Shown here in pieces: positions 46,995 through 56,782 of a stretch of 64,000 nucleotides of DNA. Position 1 is the stretch's first letter; each line of letters opens with the position of its first letter. Source of the DNA: an uncultured Bacteroidia bacterium. GTDB lineage: Bacteria > Bacteroidota > Bacteroidia > J057 > CALLMJ01. The notes beneath the pieces were generated by a model. The model did no database searches and was not told the DNA's origin. It was given only the letters and a program-made list of their open reading frames with translations. The DNA is taken from contig CALLMJ010000055.1 of the NCBI GenBank assembly GCA_938006875.1, positions 918 through 64,917 of the forward strand. The letters run 5' to 3'. Position numbers and translations under genes: made by a program.

Positions 46995-48389
46995 ATGTTA
47001 GCACTTTTTAATCTTATAAAAACTTTATCCAAAGAAGAAAAAAGACTTTATAGTACTTATGGCAACGATTGTCGTTACATGAGTATTTATCAAAGTTATT
47101 CCAAATCCAATGATTATAACAAATCTCTGGATAATGAAATCTATGAAAAATATTATTCTGAGAACACAAAAGCTTATTATTCTATGCAGAAAAAGGAATT
47201 ATATGAGAACATTCTCAGTGTGCTTTTGGAGCATTCTAATTCTCAAAATCCTGTATATTTATTTTATAAATCCATTGCAAAAATGGGAATATTAATTCAA
47301 AGAAATCTTTTTGAAGAAGCAAAAGAATATAGCAAATCTATTAAATTTGATATTTCACAATTTTCTGATTCTCACCAAAAAATTTTTTATGAATTATTAT
47401 TTTCAGCGTATGAAAACTCTTCCCAGTCTTCGTTTTTAGAATTTATTGAATTTTTAAAATCTAATTCTTTTGAGTGGGATAAACAAAGAGTTCTTTTAAC
47501 AAAAATAAAATTATTAAATTTGAATTTAGATCAATTAGATATTCAAAAAATTCAGACCTTTGCAATTGAAATTCATCAAGAAATAAAAAAAATACCCGAA
47601 CCTAATTTTATTATCAAAATGGCAAGTATTCAAGCATTAACTCTACAACAAGATTATGAAAATGCTCATAAAGAACTTACTCATATTTATATGAGCCATT
47701 TTAAAGATGTTTTAAATCAAAAACAGGCGTTAGAATGTTTATCTCAACTAATGGAATCCTGTATAAAAAATGGGGATTTTCTTTTGATGAATTCTATTCT
47801 ATATAAAACAGAATCAAAAATTTATACCATTCCTGAAGAATTAAGAACAGAATTTTTGCTTTCTTATTATGAATACGCTTCTCTTTTTCATTTTTATGAA
47901 AATGACCTGCCTACCGCTTTAAAAGAAATTCAATTTGTTATTAACCATTCCAAAGACTATGAAAATATTGAAAAGTGTATTTGCTATCGCATGGCTATGT
48001 TAGTTGCTGGAGATTTACAATATCAACTGACCCAGGAATTATCAGAATATGCAATAAAATATCCTCAAATTCTTAATAACCCATATATTATTATCTGTGA
48101 TATTTTAGCCTCTATAAATAACCAACTTCCTAAAAACGAATTACATAAAAAAATTGAAAGGTTAGAGTTTATCGCAAAATTAAATAATCACAAAGATATT
48201 TTATTAACTGCCAAATCCCTCAACGATTTTATTTACAAGAAAAAAAATTCAGAAATTGAAATGAGAATTTTTCCTACAAGTTGGGAGCCCATTTTATTAG
48301 TTCATCTTTGGATAAAAGCAAAAATAGAAAGAATTTTCTATTACAACTTAGTGATTGAAGAATGGCTGAAGAAAAGAAAAGTTTTTTAA
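46995..48389 (+). CDS. hypothetical helical-repeat protein; distant paralog of 26467-27966
   Basis: All-alpha. The N-terminal LSKEEKRLYSTY...NTKAYYSMQKKELYENILSVL parallels LEKNEKTQFKKYL...STKSYFMLKSRLVDKILDFL in the other gene. Confidence 0.5.
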   Translation: MLALFNLIKTLSKEEKRLYSTYGNDCRYMSIYQSYSKSNDYNKSLDNEIYEKYYSENTKAYYSMQKKELYENILSVLLEHSNSQNPVYLFYKSIAKMGILIQRNLFEEAKEYSKSIKFDISQFSDSHQKIFYELLFSAYENSSQSSFLEFIEFLKSNSFEWDKQRVLLTKIKLLNLNLDQLDIQKIQTFAIEIHQEIKKIPEPNFIIKMASIQALTLQQDYENAHKELTHIYMSHFKDVLNQKQALECLSQLMESCIKNGDFLLMNSILYKTESKIYTIPEELRTEFLLSYYEYASLFHFYENDLPTALKEIQFVINHSKDYENIEKCICYRMAMLVAGDLQYQLTQELSEYAIKYPQILNNPYIIICDILASINNQLPKNELHKKIERLEFIAKLNNHKDILLTAKSLNDFIYKKKNSEIEMRIFPTSWEPILLVHLWIKAKIERIFYYNLVIEEWLKKRKVF

Positions 48390-48391
48390 TT

Positions 48392-49864
48392 ATGAACAAT
48401 ATCAATATAAAAATCACAAATCAATTACCACAATCCTTAGAAAAAAGCTTGATTGTATTAGGAGTTACCTCCGATAATTTAGAAATTTTAAAAAATCAAT
48501 TTGGGAATAATTTTCCTCAAAATCCGGATTTAGTTACTAAAGAAAAATCTATTTCTATTCAACCGAATGAAAATGAATGTTGGTTATTTCAAGGTTATCA
48601 TCTTTTTAAAGATTTAGAACCTGAAAAATTTAGAGGGCATATCCATCAATGGGTTTCTATATTAAATAAAATGGAATTTCAAAATCTTTATATTCTTTTT
48701 CCTGGAATAGAAAATCATCATCAATCCCAATTGCTTATTCGTTCTATTGGAGAGGTACCTATTTTATCGAATTATAAATATAATTACCTCAAAACCCAAA
48801 AGGAGCAAAATAGCCTACAAAATGTATATTTTGTAACAGAAAATTCTAAACATGAAAATGAATTAAAAATTGCTCAAAATGTTGCTAATGCAACTTGTAT
48901 TGCAAGAGATTTAGTCAATGACCCACCCAATTTATTAGATTCCGTAGTTTTATCACAAAAAGCGGTTGAGTTAGGTAAGCAATATGGTTTTAGGGTAGAG
49001 GTATTTGAGAAATCCCGAATAGAAAGTTTAAAAATGGGAGGTTTATTAAGTGTAAATAAAGGTTCAAAAACCCCCCCAACTTTTTCTGTTTTAGAATGGA
49101 AACCCGAGCATTGCAAAAATGATAAACCCATTGTTTTAGTAGGAAAGGGAGTTACTTTTGATACAGGGGGATTAAGTTTAAAACCTTTTGATGCAATGTC
49201 CACTATGAAGTGTGATATGTCAGGAGCAGCAGCAGTTTTGGCTACTATGTGTGCAATCAGTGCAAACCAGTTACCTTATCATGTCATTGCTTTAATTCCT
49301 TCTACCGATAACCGCCCAGGTGAAGATGCTTATACACCCAATGATGTGATTACTATGTATGATGGAACAACTGTTGAAGTCCTTAACACAGATGCAGAAG
49401 GAAGGCTTATTTTAGCAGATGCTTTAGCTTTTGCTAATCAATATGAACCCGAATTAATCATTGATTTAGCTACACTTACAGGAGCTGCTGTGATTGCTGT
49501 AGGAGATATGGGAATTGCTATGATGTCAACGGCTAATCCTGATGTAAATCAACAAATTATTCAAGCAGGTTATGATGTGCATGAGCGTTTAGTTCAGTTT
49601 CCTTTATGGGAAGAATTTAAAGACTTAATTAAATCGGATATAGCTGATTTAAAAAATGTAGGTCCTAGAAGTGGTGGAGCAATAACTGCTGCCAAATTTT
49701 TACAACATTTCGTTAAACATCCTTGGATACATTTAGATATTGCTGGTCCTGCATTTTTAAATAGTCCAGATTCTTACAGAGGTAAAAATGGTACAGGTGT
49801 TGGGGTTAGGCTTTTATTTAACTTCTTAGAGTCTTATGAACACTGGAACAAACCCAAAAATTAA
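48392..49864 (+). CDS. pepA: leucyl aminopeptidase (M17)
   Basis: VGKGVTFDTGG, NTDAEGRLILADAL, LATLTGA motifs. The start is set at ATG 48392, immediately after the upstream stop. Confidence 0.85.
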   Translation: MNNINIKITNQLPQSLEKSLIVLGVTSDNLEILKNQFGNNFPQNPDLVTKEKSISIQPNENECWLFQGYHLFKDLEPEKFRGHIHQWVSILNKMEFQNLYILFPGIENHHQSQLLIRSIGEVPILSNYKYNYLKTQKEQNSLQNVYFVTENSKHENELKIAQNVANATCIARDLVNDPPNLLDSVVLSQKAVELGKQYGFRVEVFEKSRIESLKMGGLLSVNKGSKTPPTFSVLEWKPEHCKNDKPIVLVGKGVTFDTGGLSLKPFDAMSTMKCDMSGAAAVLATMCAISANQLPYHVIALIPSTDNRPGEDAYTPNDVITMYDGTTVEVLNTDAEGRLILADALAFANQYEPELIIDLATLTGAAVIAVGDMGIAMMSTANPDVNQQIIQAGYDVHERLVQFPLWEEFKDLIKSDIADLKNVGPRSGGAITAAKFLQHFVKHPWIHLDIAGPAFLNSPDSYRGKNGTGVGVRLLFNFLESYEHWNKPKN

Positions 49865-50933
49865 GGTTGGTATTACCATGGGGGACGTTAATGGCATCGG
49901 ACCCGAATTGATTTTAAAAACTTTTGAAGATTTAGCCATTACTAATTTATTTACACCTGTTATTTTTGGTTCAGGTAAAGCACTATATTTTTTTAAACAG
50001 CAATTAGGTTACTCCAAGTTTAATTATAAAGGCATTCAAGATGCTAATCAAATTCAAGATGGAAGAATCAATTTTATTGAATGTTCTCATAAATTAGAAA
50101 AAGTGAAAATGGGAATCCCCACAGAAGAAAGTGGAGAAGCCGCTTATTTAGCATTAAAAAAAGCTGCTCAGCAATTACTAGAAGAAAAAATTGACGTTTT
50201 AGTTACCCTACCTATTAATAAAAAAAATATTCAAAATTCTGAATTTCAATTTCCTGGTCATACAGAATACTTCGCAAGTTTGTTCGGACAAGAACAATAT
50301 TTGATGTTCATGGTTCATGAAGATTTACCTTTAAGAGTAGCCGTTGCAACAGGACATATTCCTATTTCAAAAGTCTCTCAATCTTTATCTATTGAAAAAA
50401 TCTATGAAAAAATTCAAATTATGGATTTGTCTTTAAAGATTGATTTTAGCATTGAAAGACCCAAAATAGCCGTTTTAGGATTAAATCCCCATGCAGGTGA
50501 TGACGGTCTTATTGGAAATGAAGACCAAAATATCATTCTACCAGCTATTCAAAAAGCTTTAGACAATCAAATGATTGTTATGGGTCCTTATTCTGCTGAT
50601 GGATTCTTTGCTAAAGGTATGTGGAAAAAATTTGATGGTATTTTAGCCATGTATCATGACCAAGGTTTAATCCCATTTAAAACATTATCTCAGATGGACG
50701 GTGTAAATTTTACCACGGGTCTTCCTATAATAAGAACTTCTCCTGACCATGGACCTGCTTTTGATATTGCGGGAAAAAATATTGCTGACGCTACCAGCTT
50801 TAAAAATGCTATCTATCTTGCTATTGACGTATTTAAAAGAAGGTTAGAAAATATTCATCTAATTGAAAATAAACTTCAAACGGTCGTTCCAAAAGAAACT
50901 CAATTAGATGATGAAAAAATTGTTTTAGAATAA
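49836..50933 (+). CDS. pdxA: 4-hydroxythreonine-4-phosphate dehydrogenase
   Basis: GITMGDVNGIGPE, FPGHTEY, LNPHAGDDG, MYHDQGLIPFK, IRTSPDHGPAFDIAG. A start at 49836 overlaps pepA by 29 nt. Confidence 0.85.
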   Translation: MNTGTNPKIKVGITMGDVNGIGPELILKTFEDLAITNLFTPVIFGSGKALYFFKQQLGYSKFNYKGIQDANQIQDGRINFIECSHKLEKVKMGIPTEESGEAAYLALKKAAQQLLEEKIDVLVTLPINKKNIQNSEFQFPGHTEYFASLFGQEQYLMFMVHEDLPLRVAVATGHIPISKVSQSLSIEKIYEKIQIMDLSLKIDFSIERPKIAVLGLNPHAGDDGLIGNEDQNIILPAIQKALDNQMIVMGPYSADGFFAKGMWKKFDGILAMYHDQGLIPFKTLSQMDGVNFTTGLPIIRTSPDHGPAFDIAGKNIADATSFKNAIYLAIDVFKRRLENIHLIENKLQTVVPKETQLDDEKIVLE

Positions 50934-50962
50934 TCTTTTAAAGTTTATTGGTTCATTTGAGC

Positions 50963-50990
50963 AGTCCCCTTAACTTTTGCATAGGGGACT
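50963..50990 (+). terminator. GC-rich hairpin 30 nt after the pdxA stop (possible terminator)
   Basis: AGTCCCCT-12 nt-AGGGGACT is an 8-bp perfect stem. It is followed by TTCGCTT, which is a poor U-tract. Confidence 0.4.
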
Positions 50991-51128
50991 TTCGCTTAAT
51001 CAGTCTGAACTTCATTTTTTAATGAATCTTTAATTTTGTTTTATAGAGGTTTTTGAGCTTTATTTTTAATTTCAGTGATTTCTTTTTTTTATCTTTGCTT
51101 TGAGCATTTTTTTTAACATTCTTTTGCA

Positions 51129-51158
51129 TTGACTTTTGAAAATGCTATTGTATATTTG
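51129..51158 (+). promoter_or_regulatory. putative promoter for the 989-aa T9SS cargo gene
   Basis: TTGAC (51129-51133), 19 nt after the TTG, then TATATTTG (51151-51158). The ATG is 35 nt downstream. Confidence 0.35.
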
Positions 51159-51193
51159 TAAAACCAAATTAGAGACTAAACTGTTAATCCCTG

Positions 51194-54163
51194 ATGAAAA
51201 AACTCGTATTTTTATTTTTATGGATATTGCTTGCTTCCAATTCCAAAGCTACTCACATCGTTGGAGCAGATTTATACTATACATGTTTAGGAAATCATTT
51301 GTATGAAATTACTTTAAAAATGTTCCGTGATTGTAAAGCAGGTGAAGCCCCTTATGATAGACCCATCAGTTTGTTTATTTTTCAAAATTCTAATCCTCAA
51401 AATTATACCATTTATGAAGTTTATCCTGATACTGTTCCGGTAGCTTTACAATGGCAAGGCTGTATGGATACTCCCCCAAATTTATGTATTTCTGAAGGTA
51501 CTTATAAATTAAGGGTTTATTTACCTCCTCGAATTAGAGGTTATGATATAGCATGGGCAAGGTGTTGTAGAAATTACAACATTACCAATTTAGCCAATCC
51601 CTTAGAACGTGGTATTTCTTATTTAGCAACCATTCCCGGAGTAGAAGTTCTTAACCAAAGTTTTTGCAACTCTATGCCTGTTTTTAAAAATAGACCTTCT
51701 GCTTTTATTTGTGTAAACCAAGATTATTATTTTGATCATAGTGCTACTGACCCTGACGGAGATTCTCTTGTTTATGAAATATCCAATCCTTACGATGGTA
51801 TGAATTTTAATGGTCAAGGGGTATTTAATCCTATGGTTTATCCTGGAACCACTCCGGTAGTCAATGTTAATAATCCCATGGGCTATAAACCTTATAGAAA
51901 TGTACCATTTGCACCTGGATTTTCATATTTGAATCCTTTTGGAAATAACCAAATTTCTATTGATTCTCAAACAGGATTGTTAAGAATACGACCCGGGCTA
52001 CCCGGTATTTTTGTAATGGCAATCTCTGTGAAAGAATATAGAAACGGCGTTTTACTCAGTGAAAATAAAAGAGACATTCAAATTCATGTTTTAAATTGTA
52101 AACAACCAGACCCCCCTCCTTTTATTGCTCATGACTTTGGAAATTTACTTCATAATGGTGATACGCTTTTCGTGAATGCAAATCAGAATTTTTGTTATGA
52201 TGTAATCGTTTCAGATACAGGAATAAACCCTATTTTAGAAGCTTTTGCAGCGAATAATGCATTTGGTGGTTCTGGATTTATACCTCCCTATGCTACTTTA
52301 AGTATTTCGGGTTCTAATCCTTTGATAGCAAAAGTTTGTTGGAAACCTAATTGTTCTTATAATAACCAAATTATTCCGTTGGTTGTTGGTGCAAAAGATA
52401 AAAATGAATGTTTAAATCACAATCCCATTTTTGATACAGTTTTTGTAAAAATTTCAGCACCTACTCTTCCTCCTCCAACTGTAACCTTTGATTTGAATGG
52501 AACTTCATATTCTAATGATACTATTCTCGCTTGGTTAGATGAAAATCTATGTTTCCGATTTAACATCATAAATCCTCCCAACGCAGGAAATTCTAACATT
52601 ACTTATGATTACGAATTTTCTAATTATGGAGATACACCTCCTACTGTATCCAATATCATAAGAACCGGTGATACTTTAAGTGGAAGAATGTGTTGGACAC
52701 CAGATTGCAATGTATTAGAAGATACGGTAATAGTTACAGTTATTGGCAAAAATCAAGATTTATGTCCTCCCAATAATCAATCTCAAAATAAAATTTATGT
52801 TATTGTAAATCAACCTTTTAATCCACCACCCATTTTATCTCATGATTATACCAGCTTAATACTCATTGGGGATACTATTCAAACTAAATTGGATTCTACG
52901 ATTTGTTTTACATTTACTTTAAGAGATACTTTACCTGCCTCCAAATTGAGCGTTAGCGTTCGTGCAGAATTATTCAATAATCAAATTTTAAATGCTCCGA
53001 TTTTACAAATAATAGAAAATAAAGATACGCTTATAGTAGGAAAAATATGTTGGAAACCCGGTTGTGAAGCTGTGGAACAAAAAGTTCGTATTATAGTTAC
53101 CGGTATTGATTCTTCTTTGTGTTTAGAAGATTATCGTTTGATAGATACTACTTATGTTTATGTAAAAGGGCCTATTCATTTTCCACCGGTTATTACTTAT
53201 GATTTTCCCAATCAAGTTTTTCATAATGATACATTAATATTGAATGTCAAACAAAATGGTTGTTTTGAGGTAACTTTAACCGACGTTCAACTAGATGCGA
53301 TAGGAACTTTAAAAATTCAAACTCAAAATTCTTTAGGAATTAATTTGCAAATTCTTAACAATCAAAATGGAGTGTTAAAAGCCCGAGGATGCTTTACACC
53401 CAATTGTGAGTTATTAAATGGAATTTATAAAATACCTTTGATTGGAAGCAAAGAATTTGAATGTGCTCCTACTTTATATGATTTTGATAGTTTGTATATT
53501 CAAGTTATTGAACCTGAGAATAATCCTCCTGTAATTAGGCATATTTTCCAGACAACCGAAGTAGCACCCAATACGATTTCTGTTGAGCCGGGTCAAAAAA
53601 TTTGTTATACAATAGAAATTACTGACCCCGACAGCTTTGCTTCTTTTGATATAAAAGGGCTTACCCCAATGTTTGAAAATAATTATGGTTTTGGTGGTAA
53701 TGCCGTATTTTTAGATACTGTTATTACTCCTAATCAATTGATTGTAAATATTTGTATGACACCTAATTGTTATTCTCGTAAAATCACTGAAACCTTAGTG
53801 GTTTGTGGGTATGATACAATAACTTGTACGGAGCAATTTGTAGTTTGTGATACTGTAATTTTACAAATTCGCGACTGTCTATTAAGTTTTCCTAATGTTT
53901 TTACACCTAATGGTGACGGAATCAATGATTATTTTCAACCTTTTGCTTTGGAAGGAATTTTAAAGTATGAAATGAAAATTTATGACCGTTGGGGTCAGTT
54001 ACAATATGAAACCAAAGATTCAGGTAAATGGAACGGTAATAGACCCAATGGAAAACCTTGTGTTGAAGGTGTGTATTTCTTTGTTTTAGATTTTACTTTA
54101 CACCATGGAACTGGAGAACCCATAAAAGGAAGGTTTTATAATCATTTTACTTTATTGAGATAA
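51194..54163 (+). CDS. large secreted protein with five tandem Cys-containing Ig-like modules and a gliding-motility-associated (T9SS type B) C-terminal domain
   Basis: Signal peptide, then ATHIVGADLYYTC...FRDC N-domain. Modules start at 52112, 52469, 52823, 53183 and 53525. C-terminal FPNVFTPNGDGINDYF...IYDRWGQ...GKWNG...GVYFF. Confidence 0.75.
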   Translation: MKKLVFLFLWILLASNSKATHIVGADLYYTCLGNHLYEITLKMFRDCKAGEAPYDRPISLFIFQNSNPQNYTIYEVYPDTVPVALQWQGCMDTPPNLCISEGTYKLRVYLPPRIRGYDIAWARCCRNYNITNLANPLERGISYLATIPGVEVLNQSFCNSMPVFKNRPSAFICVNQDYYFDHSATDPDGDSLVYEISNPYDGMNFNGQGVFNPMVYPGTTPVVNVNNPMGYKPYRNVPFAPGFSYLNPFGNNQISIDSQTGLLRIRPGLPGIFVMAISVKEYRNGVLLSENKRDIQIHVLNCKQPDPPPFIAHDFGNLLHNGDTLFVNANQNFCYDVIVSDTGINPILEAFAANNAFGGSGFIPPYATLSISGSNPLIAKVCWKPNCSYNNQIIPLVVGAKDKNECLNHNPIFDTVFVKISAPTLPPPTVTFDLNGTSYSNDTILAWLDENLCFRFNIINPPNAGNSNITYDYEFSNYGDTPPTVSNIIRTGDTLSGRMCWTPDCNVLEDTVIVTVIGKNQDLCPPNNQSQNKIYVIVNQPFNPPPILSHDYTSLILIGDTIQTKLDSTICFTFTLRDTLPASKLSVSVRAELFNNQILNAPILQIIENKDTLIVGKICWKPGCEAVEQKVRIIVTGIDSSLCLEDYRLIDTTYVYVKGPIHFPPVITYDFPNQVFHNDTLILNVKQNGCFEVTLTDVQLDAIGTLKIQTQNSLGINLQILNNQNGVLKARGCFTPNCELLNGIYKIPLIGSKEFECAPTLYDFDSLYIQVIEPENNPPVIRHIFQTTEVAPNTISVEPGQKICYTIEITDPDSFASFDIKGLTPMFENNYGFGGNAVFLDTVITPNQLIVNICMTPNCYSRKITETLVVCGYDTITCTEQFVVCDTVILQIRDCLLSFPNVFTPNGDGINDYFQPFALEGILKYEMKIYDRWGQLQYETKDSGKWNGNRPNGKPCVEGVYFFVLDFTLHHGTGEPIKGRFYNHFTLLR

Positions 54164-54285
54164 ACGCAAAAGTGTCTGAAACACAATAGAAAATTATGAA
54201 TTATTCAGCGAATTTAAAAGGTGTTATTGATAAAAAATTTTTCTTATTCAGATTAACTAAACTTCTTTTACGTGTCCCAATTTTT

Positions 54286-55569
54286 TCAGTTTCTTTTCAT
54301 TAGAAATAAAAAATCTTGGATACGGTTATCTACAATCACATCACGATTGGTAATGGGTTTTAATAGATGTATTCCTTCTAAAGTTTTACAACGGCTTAAA
54401 GCAACGTAAAGTTGCCCGTGAGCAAAAGCGCCGCGTCCTGTGTCTATTACTACTTTATCAAAAGTTAGTCCTTGTGATTTATGAATGGTAATTGCCCAGG
54501 CTAATTTTAAAGGTATTTGTTCATAACTTCCTGTAACTTTTTCTTTGAGTTCGCCGGTTTCTTCATCTACAACCCATTCATATTGTTCCCACTTCATAGG
54601 TTCAACATCAATAATGCTATTATCTTCCAAAAGAACTAGAATTTTTTCATGATTTACATCATAAATTTTACCAATTGTTCCATTGACAAATTTTCCTTCT
54701 GGATCATTTTTAGTAAAAATGATTTGTGCATTTTTTTTGAGAGTAATTGATAAATCAGAAGGTAAATATTGAGTATCAAATTTTCCAGAAATTTTACCCA
54801 AAAAAGTAAAATCCTCGCCCCTTAAATCTTTTAGACGAGTAGAATTTATTTGTTCAGAAATTTGGTTGGTAGTAGTTAAAGTAAGAAAATAATCGTTAGG
54901 TTTATAATGAAAATGAGATTGAAAACGAGAATTTAATAGTTCAAAGTCTTCATATTCTAATTCTGAGTTACGAATTTTATTGAGTAAAGAAATAAAAGTT
55001 TTGGAGGCTTGCCTGTAAATGGTTTTTAATTCTATAAAATGCAATTCAATTTCTTTAAAAACTTTTGCATCAAAAAAGTATTCACTTTTATAATTGGCAT
55101 AATAATCAATTTTTTCTTGATTAGTAATTACAGGTGGTAATTGGAACAAATCTCCAATAAAAATCATTTGAACGCCTCCAAATGGAATATTTTTTTTGCG
55201 ATTAATTCGGAAAGTATAATCTATATAGTCTAATAAATCTGACCTAAGCATAGAAACTTCATCAATAATTAAAGTTTGTATCGCATTAAGTAGTTTTTTT
55301 TGCATAGGAATACGACTAGGCTGTAAGTTTTCTTTTTTTGTATTCACACCAAAATGAAAAAACTTATGGATAGTAGAACCATTCACATTTAAAGCCGCTA
55401 AACCTGTTGGTGCAACGACAGCAATATTTTTTTTTGATTTTGATTTGATATATTTTAATAAGGTAGATTTCCCTGTTCCTGCGTTTCCTGTTATAAAAAA
55501 ATGATTTTTAGAATTTTCAATTTCTTGAAATATTTCTTCAAATTCTGAATGGATATTTTTTGTTTTCAT
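54286..55569 (-). CDS. Pif1/RecD-like SF1B DNA helicase
   Basis: GNAGTGKST Walker A, LIIDEVSM Walker B, GDLFQLPPV, WAITIHKSQGLTFD, LYVALSR. The start is moved to Met14 because a TAnnTTTG box lies inside the longer ORF. Confidence 0.75.
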   Translation of the reverse strand: MKTKNIHSEFEEIFQEIENSKNHFFITGNAGTGKSTLLKYIKSKSKKNIAVVAPTGLAALNVNGSTIHKFFHFGVNTKKENLQPSRIPMQKKLLNAIQTLIIDEVSMLRSDLLDYIDYTFRINRKKNIPFGGVQMIFIGDLFQLPPVITNQEKIDYYANYKSEYFFDAKVFKEIELHFIELKTIYRQASKTFISLLNKIRNSELEYEDFELLNSRFQSHFHYKPNDYFLTLTTTNQISEQINSTRLKDLRGEDFTFLGKISGKFDTQYLPSDLSITLKKNAQIIFTKNDPEGKFVNGTIGKIYDVNHEKILVLLEDNSIIDVEPMKWEQYEWVVDEETGELKEKVTGSYEQIPLKLAWAITIHKSQGLTFDKVVIDTGRGAFAHGQLYVALSRCKTLEGIHLLKPITNRDVIVDNRIQDFLFLMKRN

Positions 55570-55588
55570 AAACTTTTTTATTATATTA

Positions 55589-55596
55589 CAAAGATA
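55589..55596 (-). promoter_or_regulatory. -7 box TATCTTTG upstream of the Pif1-like helicase gene
   Basis: The reverse complement of 55589-55596 is TATCTTTG, 19 nt upstream of ATG 55569. Confidence 0.3.
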
Positions 55597-55650
55597 AGAG
55601 ATTTTCAAATTATTGAGGATTTTGGAATATTCATATTCTCAATATGAATT

Positions 55651-56781
55651 TTATTGAATTAGCTTAACTACTTTTTCCGCAGCAGTTGAGGCTAATGCTA
55701 CTCCCATACCGCTAAATTTTACAGCTATATGTAAAGTTGGACGCAGGCTTTTGATAATGGGTAGTTTACTTTCTCCAAAACCCATAATTCCTGACCAACT
55801 ATCCGTAATTTGAACGGTTTTTCCATTCAAAATGATTTCTTTTAAAAAGTTTTTTAAATATTCTAATATTTCCGTTGTAGCATGAATATCTTGTGTTTTT
55901 TCTTTTTCATAAAATAAGTTTCTTGCTCCTCCTAATAAAATACGATTTTGAAGATTCCGGAAATAAATATAACCTTCATCATAATGAAAAGTACCTTTGA
56001 ACGGTAAATTTTGAATGGGTTCTGTAACAACAACTTGCCCCCTGCCAGACTCAATGTTTAATTCAGGTAATAAATTACTTGCAAATGCGTTATTACAGAC
56101 TATAACATGCTGCGTAGTAAATATTAAAGGATTACGCCACGCTTCATTTTCTACGATAACATGCTCATTTTCATTATTTTTTTCTATACGAGAAACATTG
56201 GCTCCTGTAATGATTTCAATTTCTTTTGAGTAAGCTATTTCTTTTAATCTTTGCATCAAAAAGCCTGAATGTATTTGAGCTTCCAATGGATTGTAAACTA
56301 AGTTTTTAATAATTTGTTCGTTAAATCCAAAATGCTTTATTTTTTTAGTTACATCATTAAAAATACGAATTTTGAATAAACCATAGAGTTTATCGTTGAC
56401 TTCTTCTAGATGCTCAAAGGCTATTTGATGTTTTTGATTAATAACATCATAACCACCAAATGCCTCATAATGAATTTTTTTTTTGCCTGTAATTTGAATA
56501 AGTTTTTGTAAACCTCTGTAACGTTGTTCTACTAAATCTAAAACTTTGGTTTCTCCTTCTCTTTGAAAATCGTAGTATAATTCGGAAAGGCTACCAAAAC
56601 AAGCAAAACCAGCATTTCGGGTAGTTGCGCCAATTGGTAAAATACCTCTTTCTAATACTACAATTTTTTTTTGTGGAAACTTTTTTGAAAGTTCAATGGC
56701 AGTAAGTAAGCCCGTGATTCCTCCGCCAATAATGATAAAATCTTTGGATAATAAAGCCGTTTTCTCCCAAAATGAAATCAT
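55651..56781 (-). CDS. FAD-dependent oxidoreductase (DAO family)
   Basis: DFIIIGGGITGLLTAIEL dinucleotide-binding motif. C-terminal FSGMGVALA. Confidence 0.7.
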   Translation of the reverse strand: MISFWEKTALLSKDFIIIGGGITGLLTAIELSKKFPQKKIVVLERGILPIGATTRNAGFACFGSLSELYYDFQREGETKVLDLVEQRYRGLQKLIQITGKKKIHYEAFGGYDVINQKHQIAFEHLEEVNDKLYGLFKIRIFNDVTKKIKHFGFNEQIIKNLVYNPLEAQIHSGFLMQRLKEIAYSKEIEIITGANVSRIEKNNENEHVIVENEAWRNPLIFTTQHVIVCNNAFASNLLPELNIESGRGQVVVTEPIQNLPFKGTFHYDEGYIYFRNLQNRILLGGARNLFYEKEKTQDIHATTEILEYLKNFLKEIILNGKTVQITDSWSGIMGFGESKLPIIKSLRPTLHIAVKFSGMGVALASTAAEKVVKLIQ

Positions 56782-56782
56782 A

